From positions 4,096,001-4,160,000 of the forward strand of contig OZ242195.1 in the NCBI GenBank assembly GCA_965205975.1: a stretch of DNA of 64,000 bases. The letters run 5' to 3'. The position numbers and the translations under genes were made by a program. The notes beneath the pieces were generated by a model. That model was given only the letters and a program-made list of their open reading frames with translations. It was not told where the DNA came from and did no database searches. This document shows positions 55,295-64,000 of this stretch, piece by piece. Position 1 is the stretch's first letter; every line of letters starts with the position of its first letter. Source of the DNA: Candidatus Latescibacterota bacterium. Lineage in GTDB: Bacteria; Latescibacterota; UBA2968.

Positions 55295-58273
55295 ATGCAA
55301 TACCACCTCACACAACTGAAAGCATTTTGTGACGCGCATCCAATCGACACAAAAGTCCTGATCGTCCCCACCATGACAGTGGGACACGACCTGACACTCG
55401 CACTTGCGGAAACGGGATATTCGTGGCTGAACCTGCAAATCGAAACCCCGCACAGCCTCGCGGAAAAAGATGCGGGTGCCCATCTCATCGCGGAAGGACA
55501 TTCGCGCATGGCGCAAGACGCGGACTTATTCTATCTGGACGAAATCATCCCCCGGGCCGTGCGCGAAATCGATGATGAGTACTTCGCACAACGGGCAACC
55601 GCGCTCACGCGACCTTTTCTGCGCACATTGCGCGTCCTGCGTGCAGCGGGACTGGAACCCGATTCGATCTCTGGGAAAGGCACGCGACATCGGGTATTAC
55701 GGCGGCTTTACCAGACGTATTGCGCGACATTTGAAAGAGATAACCTCTACGACAACGCCGTATTGTATCGACATGCATTGAAATATCTAAAAACCCATCC
55801 GCCCCCACAAAATACACACTATGCCATCCTCGACGAAACCCCATTACCCGCGCTGGCATTCGAATATCTCAGCGAAAAAACACAGGGACATATCTGTCGC
55901 ATTGGGCGAAATGATATGGGTGTATCACCCCCGCCACACAGCGCAGCAAAACGCTTTGAAAAAGTACCCTATCCCGATACCACGGGCAAAATCGGAGTGG
56001 GCGGAAACATATCTAAATCGAGATTAGACCCCAGAGACAAATCTCAAATCCAACTGTGCGAAACCCTCGGCACCGAAACAGAAATCAGCAAAGTATTGCG
56101 CGACATAAGATCGGGAACCATACCCCTGGATACCGTCGAAATCGCATACACCTCGGAAATGCCTTATGTGAGCCTGTTGTGCGATGCGGTTCAACGATAT
56201 GGGCTGCCCGCCACATTTGCCGAAGGCATTCCGATAGCGACAACCCGAACTGGTCGCGCACTGGTGAACTTCTACCGGTGGGTCGGCGCGGGATATCCCG
56301 CTGACGAACTCGTAATGATGTGCCGCGCGAGCCTGATCGCCTCTGAAGGCGCACCTGTAATTGCAACCGTCCTCCAACACGCGCATATTGGCGAGGGCGA
56401 AGGTCCTCGGCGTTATTTTGCTGCCCTGAACCAGATAAAAGCCGACCTCCGCGATAGAAACGATGAAAACTCGGAAACCGGCCATCGCGGATTAACCCTT
56501 GAGGAAATCGAAACTGTTGAAGAAGAACTCAATGGCTTATTCGCTCTCATCCCCAGAGGACCCCGTGTATCTCTCAGCGCATTGGTCAATGCTGGCTTGC
56601 AATTTCTCGCGCACTTTGTAAACGCCGAAGATGAAGTCCTCACCGCGATCTGGGATCGCCTGCACCATGTGGCCCAATCCGTGCGCCGCAAAGCACCTGT
56701 ACGCCGACTGGCAAACCGTCTATCTGAACTAACCGCCAACCTTTCTTTCAAAGCCGAAGCAGCCAAACCCGGGCATCTGGCTATTGCCCCGCTTTCGCGC
56801 GCGGGATACACCAATCGCGCACATATTTACATCGTGGGCATGGACGAAGCCACCTTCCCTGGTGGCGCAACAGAAGACCCCATACTATTAGACGGCGAGC
56901 GCTCGGGCGTATCCGGTGAACTGGAATTGCGCCGCACGCGACCCGCCGAGCAAGTGTGGCATCTCATTCGCGTATTGGGCATGGCATATAGCAAAGTGAC
57001 ATTATTGTCCTGCCACCGAAGCCTATCCGACAGCAGGGAACGCTATCCCGCCGCACTCTTTCAGCAAGCAGCCGAACAGATGAACATCGACCCTGTACCT
57101 GTTGCACGCGCCTTGCCCCGAACATCTGCACGGGCGCTGGACGACGCAGAGGCATTGATAGCGCACCACGCCTCTGCCGACTACGAATCCGTTGTGCATC
57201 AGACCTTCCCCCATCTGGTCGCAGGACAAAAGGCGCGCCAAAATCGCGAATGGAACGGATTGACGACCTATGACGGATGGCTGGGCGCACGCACACCCGA
57301 ACTGGCGATTACCGCACAGCACCGCATATTTTCACCCTCAAAACTGGAAATGCTCGCCCGATGTCCATACCGGTATTTTTTGAACTATGTACTCGAAATA
57401 CAACCCATAGAAAAAGCCGAAACCGACCCTACGCGATGGCTCGATCCCCTGTCTTACGGCGCTCTGCTACACAGCTTATTCCACAAATTCATGCAACTTC
57501 TGAAAGCGCGAGGCGAACGCCCGGATCGCGACCGACACGGAACACTTATTCGTGAACTTCTGGAACGAGAAATAGAAGCCAAAAAAGAAACCCATCCCGT
57601 TGAACACGAAGCGGCGTATCGCGCCGACGTCAAACGTCTATCGCAAGCCGCGCAAGTATTTCTATCCGTCGAGTCCGAGCAAAAAAACGCCGACCCCATC
57701 GGATTTGAAGTGAGCTTCGGATTTGGCGAATCGGGCGGGCTAAACTGCGAACCCCCTGTGACACTCGAACTCGCAGAAGATGTCGCGCTTCGCATCCGCG
57801 GGCGCATCGACCGCGTAGATCGCGTTGACGACAACTTTGCAATTTGGGATTACAAAACCGGATCCATGGCGCAATACGACGAACAGGACCTGCTCAAACG
57901 CGGCACACATCTGCAATGGGCACTGTACGCCTATGCCCTGAACTCGATCTTGAGACAACAACAGGAACCTGCTCGCGTGCAATTATCCGGCTACGTCTTT
58001 CCCGGCGACAGAGAACACGGCCGCAGGCTTTCAGAAACGCCGCCAGCGCCCGAAACACTCGCCAATGTATTGCGCCCCTTGCTCGAACTGGTAGAGAACG
58101 GCGGCTTTTTTCACATACAAAAATCCCAAGAATGCGACTACTGCATCTACAACCGCGTCTGCAGCAAAGAACGCCTGGACGCCAACGCCCTCGCCGATGC
58201 GCGTGAAGAAATGGACGACGATCCCAATTTCGCACTCTTACTGGACAGCCTGAACCGCTGGATGGGAATATGA
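55295..58273 (+). CDS. addB: AddB-like PD-(D/E)XK nuclease subunit
   Basis: SPSKLE..RCPYRYF, RGRIDRVD, WDYKTG, LQWALY and C-terminal CDYC..C (Fe-S staple); overlaps the addA start. Confidence 0.82.
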   Translation: MQYHLTQLKAFCDAHPIDTKVLIVPTMTVGHDLTLALAETGYSWLNLQIETPHSLAEKDAGAHLIAEGHSRMAQDADLFYLDEIIPRAVREIDDEYFAQRATALTRPFLRTLRVLRAAGLEPDSISGKGTRHRVLRRLYQTYCATFERDNLYDNAVLYRHALKYLKTHPPPQNTHYAILDETPLPALAFEYLSEKTQGHICRIGRNDMGVSPPPHSAAKRFEKVPYPDTTGKIGVGGNISKSRLDPRDKSQIQLCETLGTETEISKVLRDIRSGTIPLDTVEIAYTSEMPYVSLLCDAVQRYGLPATFAEGIPIATTRTGRALVNFYRWVGAGYPADELVMMCRASLIASEGAPVIATVLQHAHIGEGEGPRRYFAALNQIKADLRDRNDENSETGHRGLTLEEIETVEEELNGLFALIPRGPRVSLSALVNAGLQFLAHFVNAEDEVLTAIWDRLHHVAQSVRRKAPVRRLANRLSELTANLSFKAEAAKPGHLAIAPLSRAGYTNRAHIYIVGMDEATFPGGATEDPILLDGERSGVSGELELRRTRPAEQVWHLIRVLGMAYSKVTLLSCHRSLSDSRERYPAALFQQAAEQMNIDPVPVARALPRTSARALDDAEALIAHHASADYESVVHQTFPHLVAGQKARQNREWNGLTTYDGWLGARTPELAITAQHRIFSPSKLEMLARCPYRYFLNYVLEIQPIEKAETDPTRWLDPLSYGALLHSLFHKFMQLLKARGERPDRDRHGTLIRELLEREIEAKKETHPVEHEAAYRADVKRLSQAAQVFLSVESEQKNADPIGFEVSFGFGESGGLNCEPPVTLELAEDVALRIRGRIDRVDRVDDNFAIWDYKTGSMAQYDEQDLLKRGTHLQWALYAYALNSILRQQQEPARVQLSGYVFPGDREHGRRLSETPPAPETLANVLRPLLELVENGGFFHIQKSQECDYCIYNRVCSKERLDANALADAREEMDDDPNFALLLDSLNRWMGI

Positions 58274-61200
58274 GCCTTCGAGATCAACAAGCACGCGATA
58301 AAATATCCGAAGCACTGGATCGCAATATGATGGTGCTCGCAGGGGCAGGCGCGGGAAAAACCCATGCGTTGGTACAGCGGATGGCGAACGCAGTGGAAAA
58401 AGGCGTCGTACCCGTAGATCAACTATCCGCCATCACCTTCACGCGCAAAGCAGCGGGTGAAATGCGCGGGCGCTTCTTCAGTGAATTAAAATCGCGCGCC
58501 CAAAAAGCAGATGGTGAAGCATCGAAACGCATTCAAGCCGCACTCGAAAAAGTAGATCAATGCTTTATCGGCACCATACACTCATTCTGCGGCCAGTTAT
58601 TGCGCGAACGCCCCGTTGAAGCGGGCCTGCCACCCGACTTTTCAGAAGTCGAAGAACGCGAAGAAGCCGTCATGCGCCGCGAAGCGTGGGATCAATTTGT
58701 CCAGCAGAGTTTTCTATCCGAAGACCCGCGACTCGATAAATTTGAAGAACTGGGTCTGCGCCCGGAAGACCTGTATGGCTTTTTTCAAAGACGCTACCAG
58801 TTCAGCGATGTACCGCTCGTACGCGAATCTGTACAAAAACCCGATCTATCGACCGCAGTTTCAGAACTTGAAGCCTTTCTACAACACACGGGAGCCTTTA
58901 TCCCCGATCCCCTCCCAGGCAGACGCGATGCCCTCCAGACAGCATTGGTGCGCACGCGATTATTCCTGTCGAACCGGGGAATTCAGTCCGACGCGGATCG
59001 CATCGAGCTCCTGCAAATACTCAGCGGAAACCTCGGTGTCACCCTCAAAAGCTGGACACCCAACCAGGATTTTGCAAAACACTTGCGAGACACCTTATTA
59101 CCCGAATTTCAAACCGAAATACTCAACCCCACCCTCACCCAATGGCGGCAATACATCTACCGATTCGCTGCCCCTTATGTCGATGACGCAGTTGCAGAAT
59201 ACGCCAGAACCCGCCGCGAAACCGGACGCCTCACATTTCAGGACCTGCTCGAACTCGCCGCGCGATTACTGCGCGACCACCCTGAAGTGCGCCGTCACTT
59301 TCAGGAGCGCTATCGCTGCCTATTCGTAGATGAATTTCAAGATACCGATCCCATCCAAGCCGAAATATTGTTGTATTTAACCGGCGAAAATCTGGAAGAG
59401 ACCGATTGGCGCAAACTCACACCCCGCCCGGGCAGCTTATTTTTAGTAGGCGACGGCAAACAATCGATCTATCGCTTTCGCCGCGCGGATGTCGAAACCT
59501 TTGACCTCGTCCGCAACCGCATTGAAAACACCAATGGCGATATCGTCGGCCTGAACACAAACTTTCGCTCACTGGGCCACCTCTGTGATTGGATCAACGC
59601 GGCATTTGAACCCCTATTCGCCGCGCATGAAAAACCCTATCAAGCTGAATTTGCTCCGCTATTCAAATACAGATCCAATGATGAAACAGATGCAGTCCGC
59701 CGAATCTCAATCGACAAAGTCTATCGCAACAGCCGAAGCCAGATCGCGGAGGAAGACGCCAGGCGGATTGCAAACTTCATCGCAGCGGCCATAGAAGGCA
59801 AAACGGAATTTAATGGGGAAGCCGCCAACGCATCGCCGGGCGACTTTCTCATCTTAACGCGCACCTCTGGCTATTTGTCCCATTACGCCCAAGCACTGGA
59901 GGAACGCGGCATACCCTTTGAAATCACGGGAGGCGATCGCCTGGGCGAAGCAGACGTATTGCACACACTCGCGGACTTTTTGGAAACCGTTTATATGCCT
60001 GACAATCCGCTACCGCTACTCGCCTATTTGCGGGGGGATCTCGTCGGCCTGGGAGATGATGCCCTCTATGCCTTCAAAAAATCAGGCGGCGATTTCAACT
60101 GGACACGCGATTTGCCCAAAGGAATGGACCCAGAATTGCGCCAAACATTCGAGCAGGCTTATGACCATCTCAAAAAAGCGTCGGAATGGTTGCAATCTCT
60201 ATCGCCCGATACCGCCATAGCGCGCTGTGTAGAAAGCCTCGGCCTCCTGCCTTTTGTGCGCACTCTGCCCATGGGAGAAACACATGCCGGCAATCTCATC
60301 CGAATCTTATCTCTCGTCCGAGAATGGAGCGCACAGGGAATGCATTGGGGGCAGGTAGTGACCGAACTACGCGCCCTCATTGACGACAGAGACTACAAAA
60401 TTGAACAAATGACCATTCCCTCCGCACAGGAAGACGTCGTGCGATTGATGAACCTGCACCAGGCCAAGGGGTTACAGGGCAAAATCGTCTTCCTCGCCGA
60501 CCCCTATGACACGAGTTACACGCGCTATGGTCCCGAATTTCACGTATCCCGCACCCGCGACGAACCCTTTTTGGCATTGCCCATTACAAAACCCCGCGGA
60601 CCATATCAACGCGAGGTCGTCGCCGAGCCTGTAGGTTGGGAAGACGCCGAAACCGAAGAAACGCGATTTTTGCAAGGCGAAGAACTGCGATTGCTCTACG
60701 TAGCGGCAACGCGCGCAGAAAATTTGCTCATAGTATCCACCTACGAGGAAAAACCCGACCATGGACCGTGGTCGCCGCTCTATCCTCATCTAAAAAACGT
60801 GCCCGAACTGGCGCACGGCACCCCTTCATCACAACCCATCCCAGAAACCCCATCAACCAAAACACCGTCTGTAGAACTGGAACGAAAGCAACGGAATCAA
60901 TTCTGGCAAGCTGTAAAAAAACAATCCTTTGAAATCACACAGGTGACAGATGACCGGGTGGACATCACGTATTCAGACGAGGGAAGATCAGCAACACCAG
61001 CAGGAAAAGGAGCAGCGTATGGCATCGTGATCCACCAGATATTCGACGATGCCATCAACAGGCGATTGCCCGATGATCCAACGCCTTATGTCGCGCATTT
61101 GCTGAATGATGCAGGTTCAGACGCCGGGTTTCTACCGCACGCACTGGACGCCTTGCAGCAATTTCGCAACTCGGAGATATGGGCGGAAATACAGGCTTCA

Positions 61201-61485
61201 GAAACCGTATATACCGAAGTCTCCTTTGCGGTATCGCAAGCGGAGAACAACACCAGCGAAATTATTCGCGGCGTCATCGATCTGGTCTATCGCCTGCCCG
61301 AAGGATGGAAAATCGTCGATTACAAAACCAATGTGGTGAAAACCGATGAAGATGTACAGGCACTGTGTGAGCAAACAGCCGACCAGGTGAACACCTATGC
61401 CAGACACTGGGAGAAATTCACCGGTGAAACAGTTATTGCAAAGGGATTATGGCTCGCGGAAAGACGTGTATTTTTAACCATTTAA
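58270..61485 (+). CDS. addA: AddA-like UvrD helicase-nuclease
   Basis: AGAGAGKT, TFTRKAA, VDEFQDTD, GDGKQSIYRFR, YVAATRA and C-terminal GVIDLV..DYKT. Confidence 0.88.
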   Translation: MSLRDQQARDKISEALDRNMMVLAGAGAGKTHALVQRMANAVEKGVVPVDQLSAITFTRKAAGEMRGRFFSELKSRAQKADGEASKRIQAALEKVDQCFIGTIHSFCGQLLRERPVEAGLPPDFSEVEEREEAVMRREAWDQFVQQSFLSEDPRLDKFEELGLRPEDLYGFFQRRYQFSDVPLVRESVQKPDLSTAVSELEAFLQHTGAFIPDPLPGRRDALQTALVRTRLFLSNRGIQSDADRIELLQILSGNLGVTLKSWTPNQDFAKHLRDTLLPEFQTEILNPTLTQWRQYIYRFAAPYVDDAVAEYARTRRETGRLTFQDLLELAARLLRDHPEVRRHFQERYRCLFVDEFQDTDPIQAEILLYLTGENLEETDWRKLTPRPGSLFLVGDGKQSIYRFRRADVETFDLVRNRIENTNGDIVGLNTNFRSLGHLCDWINAAFEPLFAAHEKPYQAEFAPLFKYRSNDETDAVRRISIDKVYRNSRSQIAEEDARRIANFIAAAIEGKTEFNGEAANASPGDFLILTRTSGYLSHYAQALEERGIPFEITGGDRLGEADVLHTLADFLETVYMPDNPLPLLAYLRGDLVGLGDDALYAFKKSGGDFNWTRDLPKGMDPELRQTFEQAYDHLKKASEWLQSLSPDTAIARCVESLGLLPFVRTLPMGETHAGNLIRILSLVREWSAQGMHWGQVVTELRALIDDRDYKIEQMTIPSAQEDVVRLMNLHQAKGLQGKIVFLADPYDTSYTRYGPEFHVSRTRDEPFLALPITKPRGPYQREVVAEPVGWEDAETEETRFLQGEELRLLYVAATRAENLLIVSTYEEKPDHGPWSPLYPHLKNVPELAHGTPSSQPIPETPSTKTPSVELERKQRNQFWQAVKKQSFEITQVTDDRVDITYSDEGRSATPAGKGAAYGIVIHQIFDDAINRRLPDDPTPYVAHLLNDAGSDAGFLPHALDALQQFRNSEIWAEIQASETVYTEVSFAVSQAENNTSEIIRGVIDLVYRLPEGWKIVDYKTNVVKTDEDVQALCEQTADQVNTYARHWEKFTGETVIAKGLWLAERRVFLTI

Positions 61486-61547
61486 GTTGCTGTTTTTTTT
61501 TCTGATAATTCTTTGGGACACAGAGGGTTTTATAAGAAAAAGTAAGG

Positions 61548-61576
61548 TTGACAAAACCGTTAAAATTCAGTAAATT
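61548..61576 (+). promoter_or_regulatory. Sigma70-type promoter for dnaN-recF
   Basis: TTGACA-N17-TAAATT. Confidence 0.6.
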
Positions 61577-61691
61577 ATGATGTTTGTAATTGAACAAAAA
61601 ATCAGCCATTTTTGAACTTGAAAAAACGCGCTATTCAACACCATAAAAAATCATTTACAAAGAGCTTCACGCGCTTGGGAGAGACGCATTC

Positions 61692-62867
61692 ATGAAAGTA
61701 TCAATAGAAAAAGATGAACTCCTCAAAGGTATCCAGGCTGTGATTGATATTGTGCCCTCTAAAACCGCATTGCCAGTATTGTCCAATATCTTGATAGATG
61801 CAAACAATGGTAGCGATGTGTGTTTGAGTGCCACAGATCTCGATATATCAATAACATGCAAACTTTCAGCCACCATCGAAGACGCCGGGGCAACAACGGT
61901 GCCAGCGCGCAAATTCTCAGAAATTGTGCGCGAGTTGCCCGAAGAATCCCTATCCCTCACCGCTGAAGAAGGTCGTGTAACGCTTCAGCGCCAAAGTGGT
62001 GCCGAAGGAACTTATGCCTTGATGTCGGTGCCAGCCGACGACTTTCCCGAACTGCCTGAGGAGATTGACGGTCCCGAGATCGCGTTTCTATCCGATGAAG
62101 ATGAGGAGTCTCAGGACTCTTCGGCCGATAGCGATGTTCTCAGCGAGATGATCTCTAAGACGATCTTTGCCGTATCTCGCGATGAAACTCGCCCGATACT
62201 CACAGGAGTGCTCTGGCAGGTTGGCAATGGACGCATGACCATGGTGGCAACAGATGGTCACCGCCTGGTCAAATATTCGCGGATTCAGGATGGATTACCC
62301 GAAGAAAATAAAGAGGCGATTGTTCCCCCTCGCGCTTTGAATCATGTGGTTAAACTCATGGGGGGGGGGATAGATCTTCAAAAAGTCCAACTCGGGCAAA
62401 GCCATGTGCTCTTTTCACTGGGCGACGAAGACGCCATCCAGATTTTCTCTCGACTAATTGAAGGTCCTTATGTCGATTACGAACAAGTGATTCCCCAAAA
62501 CAACGGCAAGCGCCTTCGCGTTTCGAACAGCCAATTGCTACCTGCTGTGCGACGCGTATCCATTCTGGCAAGTGCCCAAACCCATCAATTGCGGCTCGAA
62601 CTCCAAAAGAACGAACTCGCATTGTCGGCTACCAGCCAGGAAATAGGAGGCGAAGCGCGCGAATCTATGGGCGTTGAATACGATGAAGATGAAATGACCA
62701 TTGGATATAATTCCGGCTATCTACAAGACGTGCTCCGGCGCATCAATTGTGACGAAATCCTCTTTGAACTCGACAGCGCTGTTGCCGCGGGAATCATCAG
62801 ACCTGGAGAACAACTCGAAGGCGAAGACTATCTTTGTCTCCTTATGCCCTTGCGGCTCAATGAATGA
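61692..62867 (+). CDS. dnaN: DNA polymerase III beta sliding clamp
   Basis: LPVLSNIL, ATDLD, ATDGHRL, RLIEGPYVDY and LLMPLR motifs. Confidence 0.96.
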   Translation: MKVSIEKDELLKGIQAVIDIVPSKTALPVLSNILIDANNGSDVCLSATDLDISITCKLSATIEDAGATTVPARKFSEIVRELPEESLSLTAEEGRVTLQRQSGAEGTYALMSVPADDFPELPEEIDGPEIAFLSDEDEESQDSSADSDVLSEMISKTIFAVSRDETRPILTGVLWQVGNGRMTMVATDGHRLVKYSRIQDGLPEENKEAIVPPRALNHVVKLMGGGIDLQKVQLGQSHVLFSLGDEDAIQIFSRLIEGPYVDYEQVIPQNNGKRLRVSNSQLLPAVRRVSILASAQTHQLRLELQKNELALSATSQEIGGEARESMGVEYDEDEMTIGYNSGYLQDVLRRINCDEILFELDSAVAAGIIRPGEQLEGEDYLCLLMPLRLNE

Positions 62868-63952
62868 TGTATGTCTCCTCTCTTAAACTCACCAATTTTC
62901 GAAACTTTGAGCATGCTGAATTTACATTTGATCAGGCAAAAACGGCAATTTGGGCAGATAATGCCCGCGGGAAATCAAATGTTTTAGAAGCGTTGTATTT
63001 TTTGGCACTGGCAAAATCGGGTCGCGGTGCCAGAGATCGGGACGTGCTCAGGTGGGGTGCTAACTATTTCGTGATCGACGCCCAGATAGAGCGCGAAGAT
63101 CGTTCCTTTCCCATTCGCATTGCCTACGATCCCCTCGTCGGCAAGAAACAAGCCTCTCTTGCAGAGACATCTCTTCCCCGCCTTTCAGACCTTATTGGCG
63201 CATTCAACGCTGTTTTATTTTCCCCCGAAGATGTAGATCTCGTATTGCGGGAACCGGCTCAGCGCCGCCGTATTTTAGATATTCTCGTTTCGCAATCAAA
63301 CGCATCCTATTTGGCTGATCTGGAAGGGTATCAGCGCGTTTTGGCGCAGCGCAATCGGTTGTTAAAAGACCGCCGTTCAGCATTATTATCACATCCCGAA
63401 CAAGTTGAACCTTGGAATGAGCAATTGTCCAATTTGGGTGCTCGCATTATATCTCGCCGTCTCGAAGCACTGAATGATATACAACATCTTCTGTTGGAAT
63501 ACTATCGGGCTATCGCGCCCACACCCGAAAAAATGAAAGCGAGTTATCGCAGTCCCATATCCATGGAAACGCGCGACCAGGGCAGGGAAATACTCTTCGA
63601 AGCACTGACGACCCGATTGCCACAAGAAGTCGAATTGCGATATACACTTACGGGACCACACCGCGACAATTTGATTTTTACACTCGATGACAAAGCTGTA
63701 CATCAATTCGCGTCCCAGGGCCAACTCAAAACCGTTCTCCTTTCCTGGAAACTGGCCGAAGCAACATTTTTAGAGCAACAAACCGGGTGGCGCCCTGTTT
63801 TGCTGATGGACGATGTGTTTTCAGAACTCGATCCCAATCGGGCAAAAGCCGTATTGAACCTGATCCCCGATTTTGGGCAGGTGGTCGTAACCTCAGCACG
63901 CGATCCGGATTTGGATTTTGAAGCCCAGGGGTTTCGGCTGTTGAAATTGTGA
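62864..63952 (+). CDS. recF: DNA replication and repair protein RecF
   Basis: NFRN, NARGKSNVLEA, GPHRD, SQGQ and LLMDDVFSELD motifs. Confidence 0.94.
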   Translation: MMYVSSLKLTNFRNFEHAEFTFDQAKTAIWADNARGKSNVLEALYFLALAKSGRGARDRDVLRWGANYFVIDAQIEREDRSFPIRIAYDPLVGKKQASLAETSLPRLSDLIGAFNAVLFSPEDVDLVLREPAQRRRILDILVSQSNASYLADLEGYQRVLAQRNRLLKDRRSALLSHPEQVEPWNEQLSNLGARIISRRLEALNDIQHLLLEYYRAIAPTPEKMKASYRSPISMETRDQGREILFEALTTRLPQEVELRYTLTGPHRDNLIFTLDDKAVHQFASQGQLKTVLLSWKLAEATFLEQQTGWRPVLLMDDVFSELDPNRAKAVLNLIPDFGQVVVTSARDPDLDFEAQGFRLLKL

Positions 63953-64000
63953 ATAACGTTATGGATGCCGAGATTGATAGACGCAAGAGTGGTGTTTACA

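Noticed and set aside
62360..62369. G10 tract in dnaN as a phase-variation switch
   Set aside because: In frame (M-G-G-G) within an essential gene; no evidence of variation.
63961..64000. Start of a DciA/DUF721-like gene after recF
   Set aside because: Only 13 codons are visible and support is positional only.

Overview
Bacterial chromosomal window rich in MacB/FtsX-type ABC permeases, sulfatases, PhyH dioxygenases and toxin-antitoxin modules, ending in addB-addA-dnaN-recF. The gene content resembles marine or sponge-associated Latescibacterota/Gemmatimonadota-like genomes, which is inference only. (1) 2.2-11.5 kb is a decaying mosaic of duplicated TA and metallophosphoesterase cassettes. 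It follows a permease 3' end and holds three copies of a ~90-bp leader, an orphan permease C-terminus and several deletion-made pseudogenes. (2) 11.6-20.4 kb is a sigma54-driven efflux/ABC cluster. (3) 22-34.5 kb holds catabolic genes and rmuC. (4) 34.6-42.5 kb is the most interesting part: a minus-strand island under a consensus sigma54 promoter encoding a triple-AAA+ ATPase, a TPR protein and two tandem proteins with phage SAM-lyase-like motifs (one boxed by 27-bp inverted repeats), followed by a GmrSD-like (DUF262/DUF1524) nuclease. It is a candidate undescribed defence or counter-defence module. (5) 42.6-64 kb holds a sulfatase, an ALS gene with a duplicated 3' end, a permease, an orphan SF1 helicase, addAB and dnaN-recF without dnaA. 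No rRNA, tRNA or CRISPR array was seen. All family calls are from motif recognition by eye; no searches were run.
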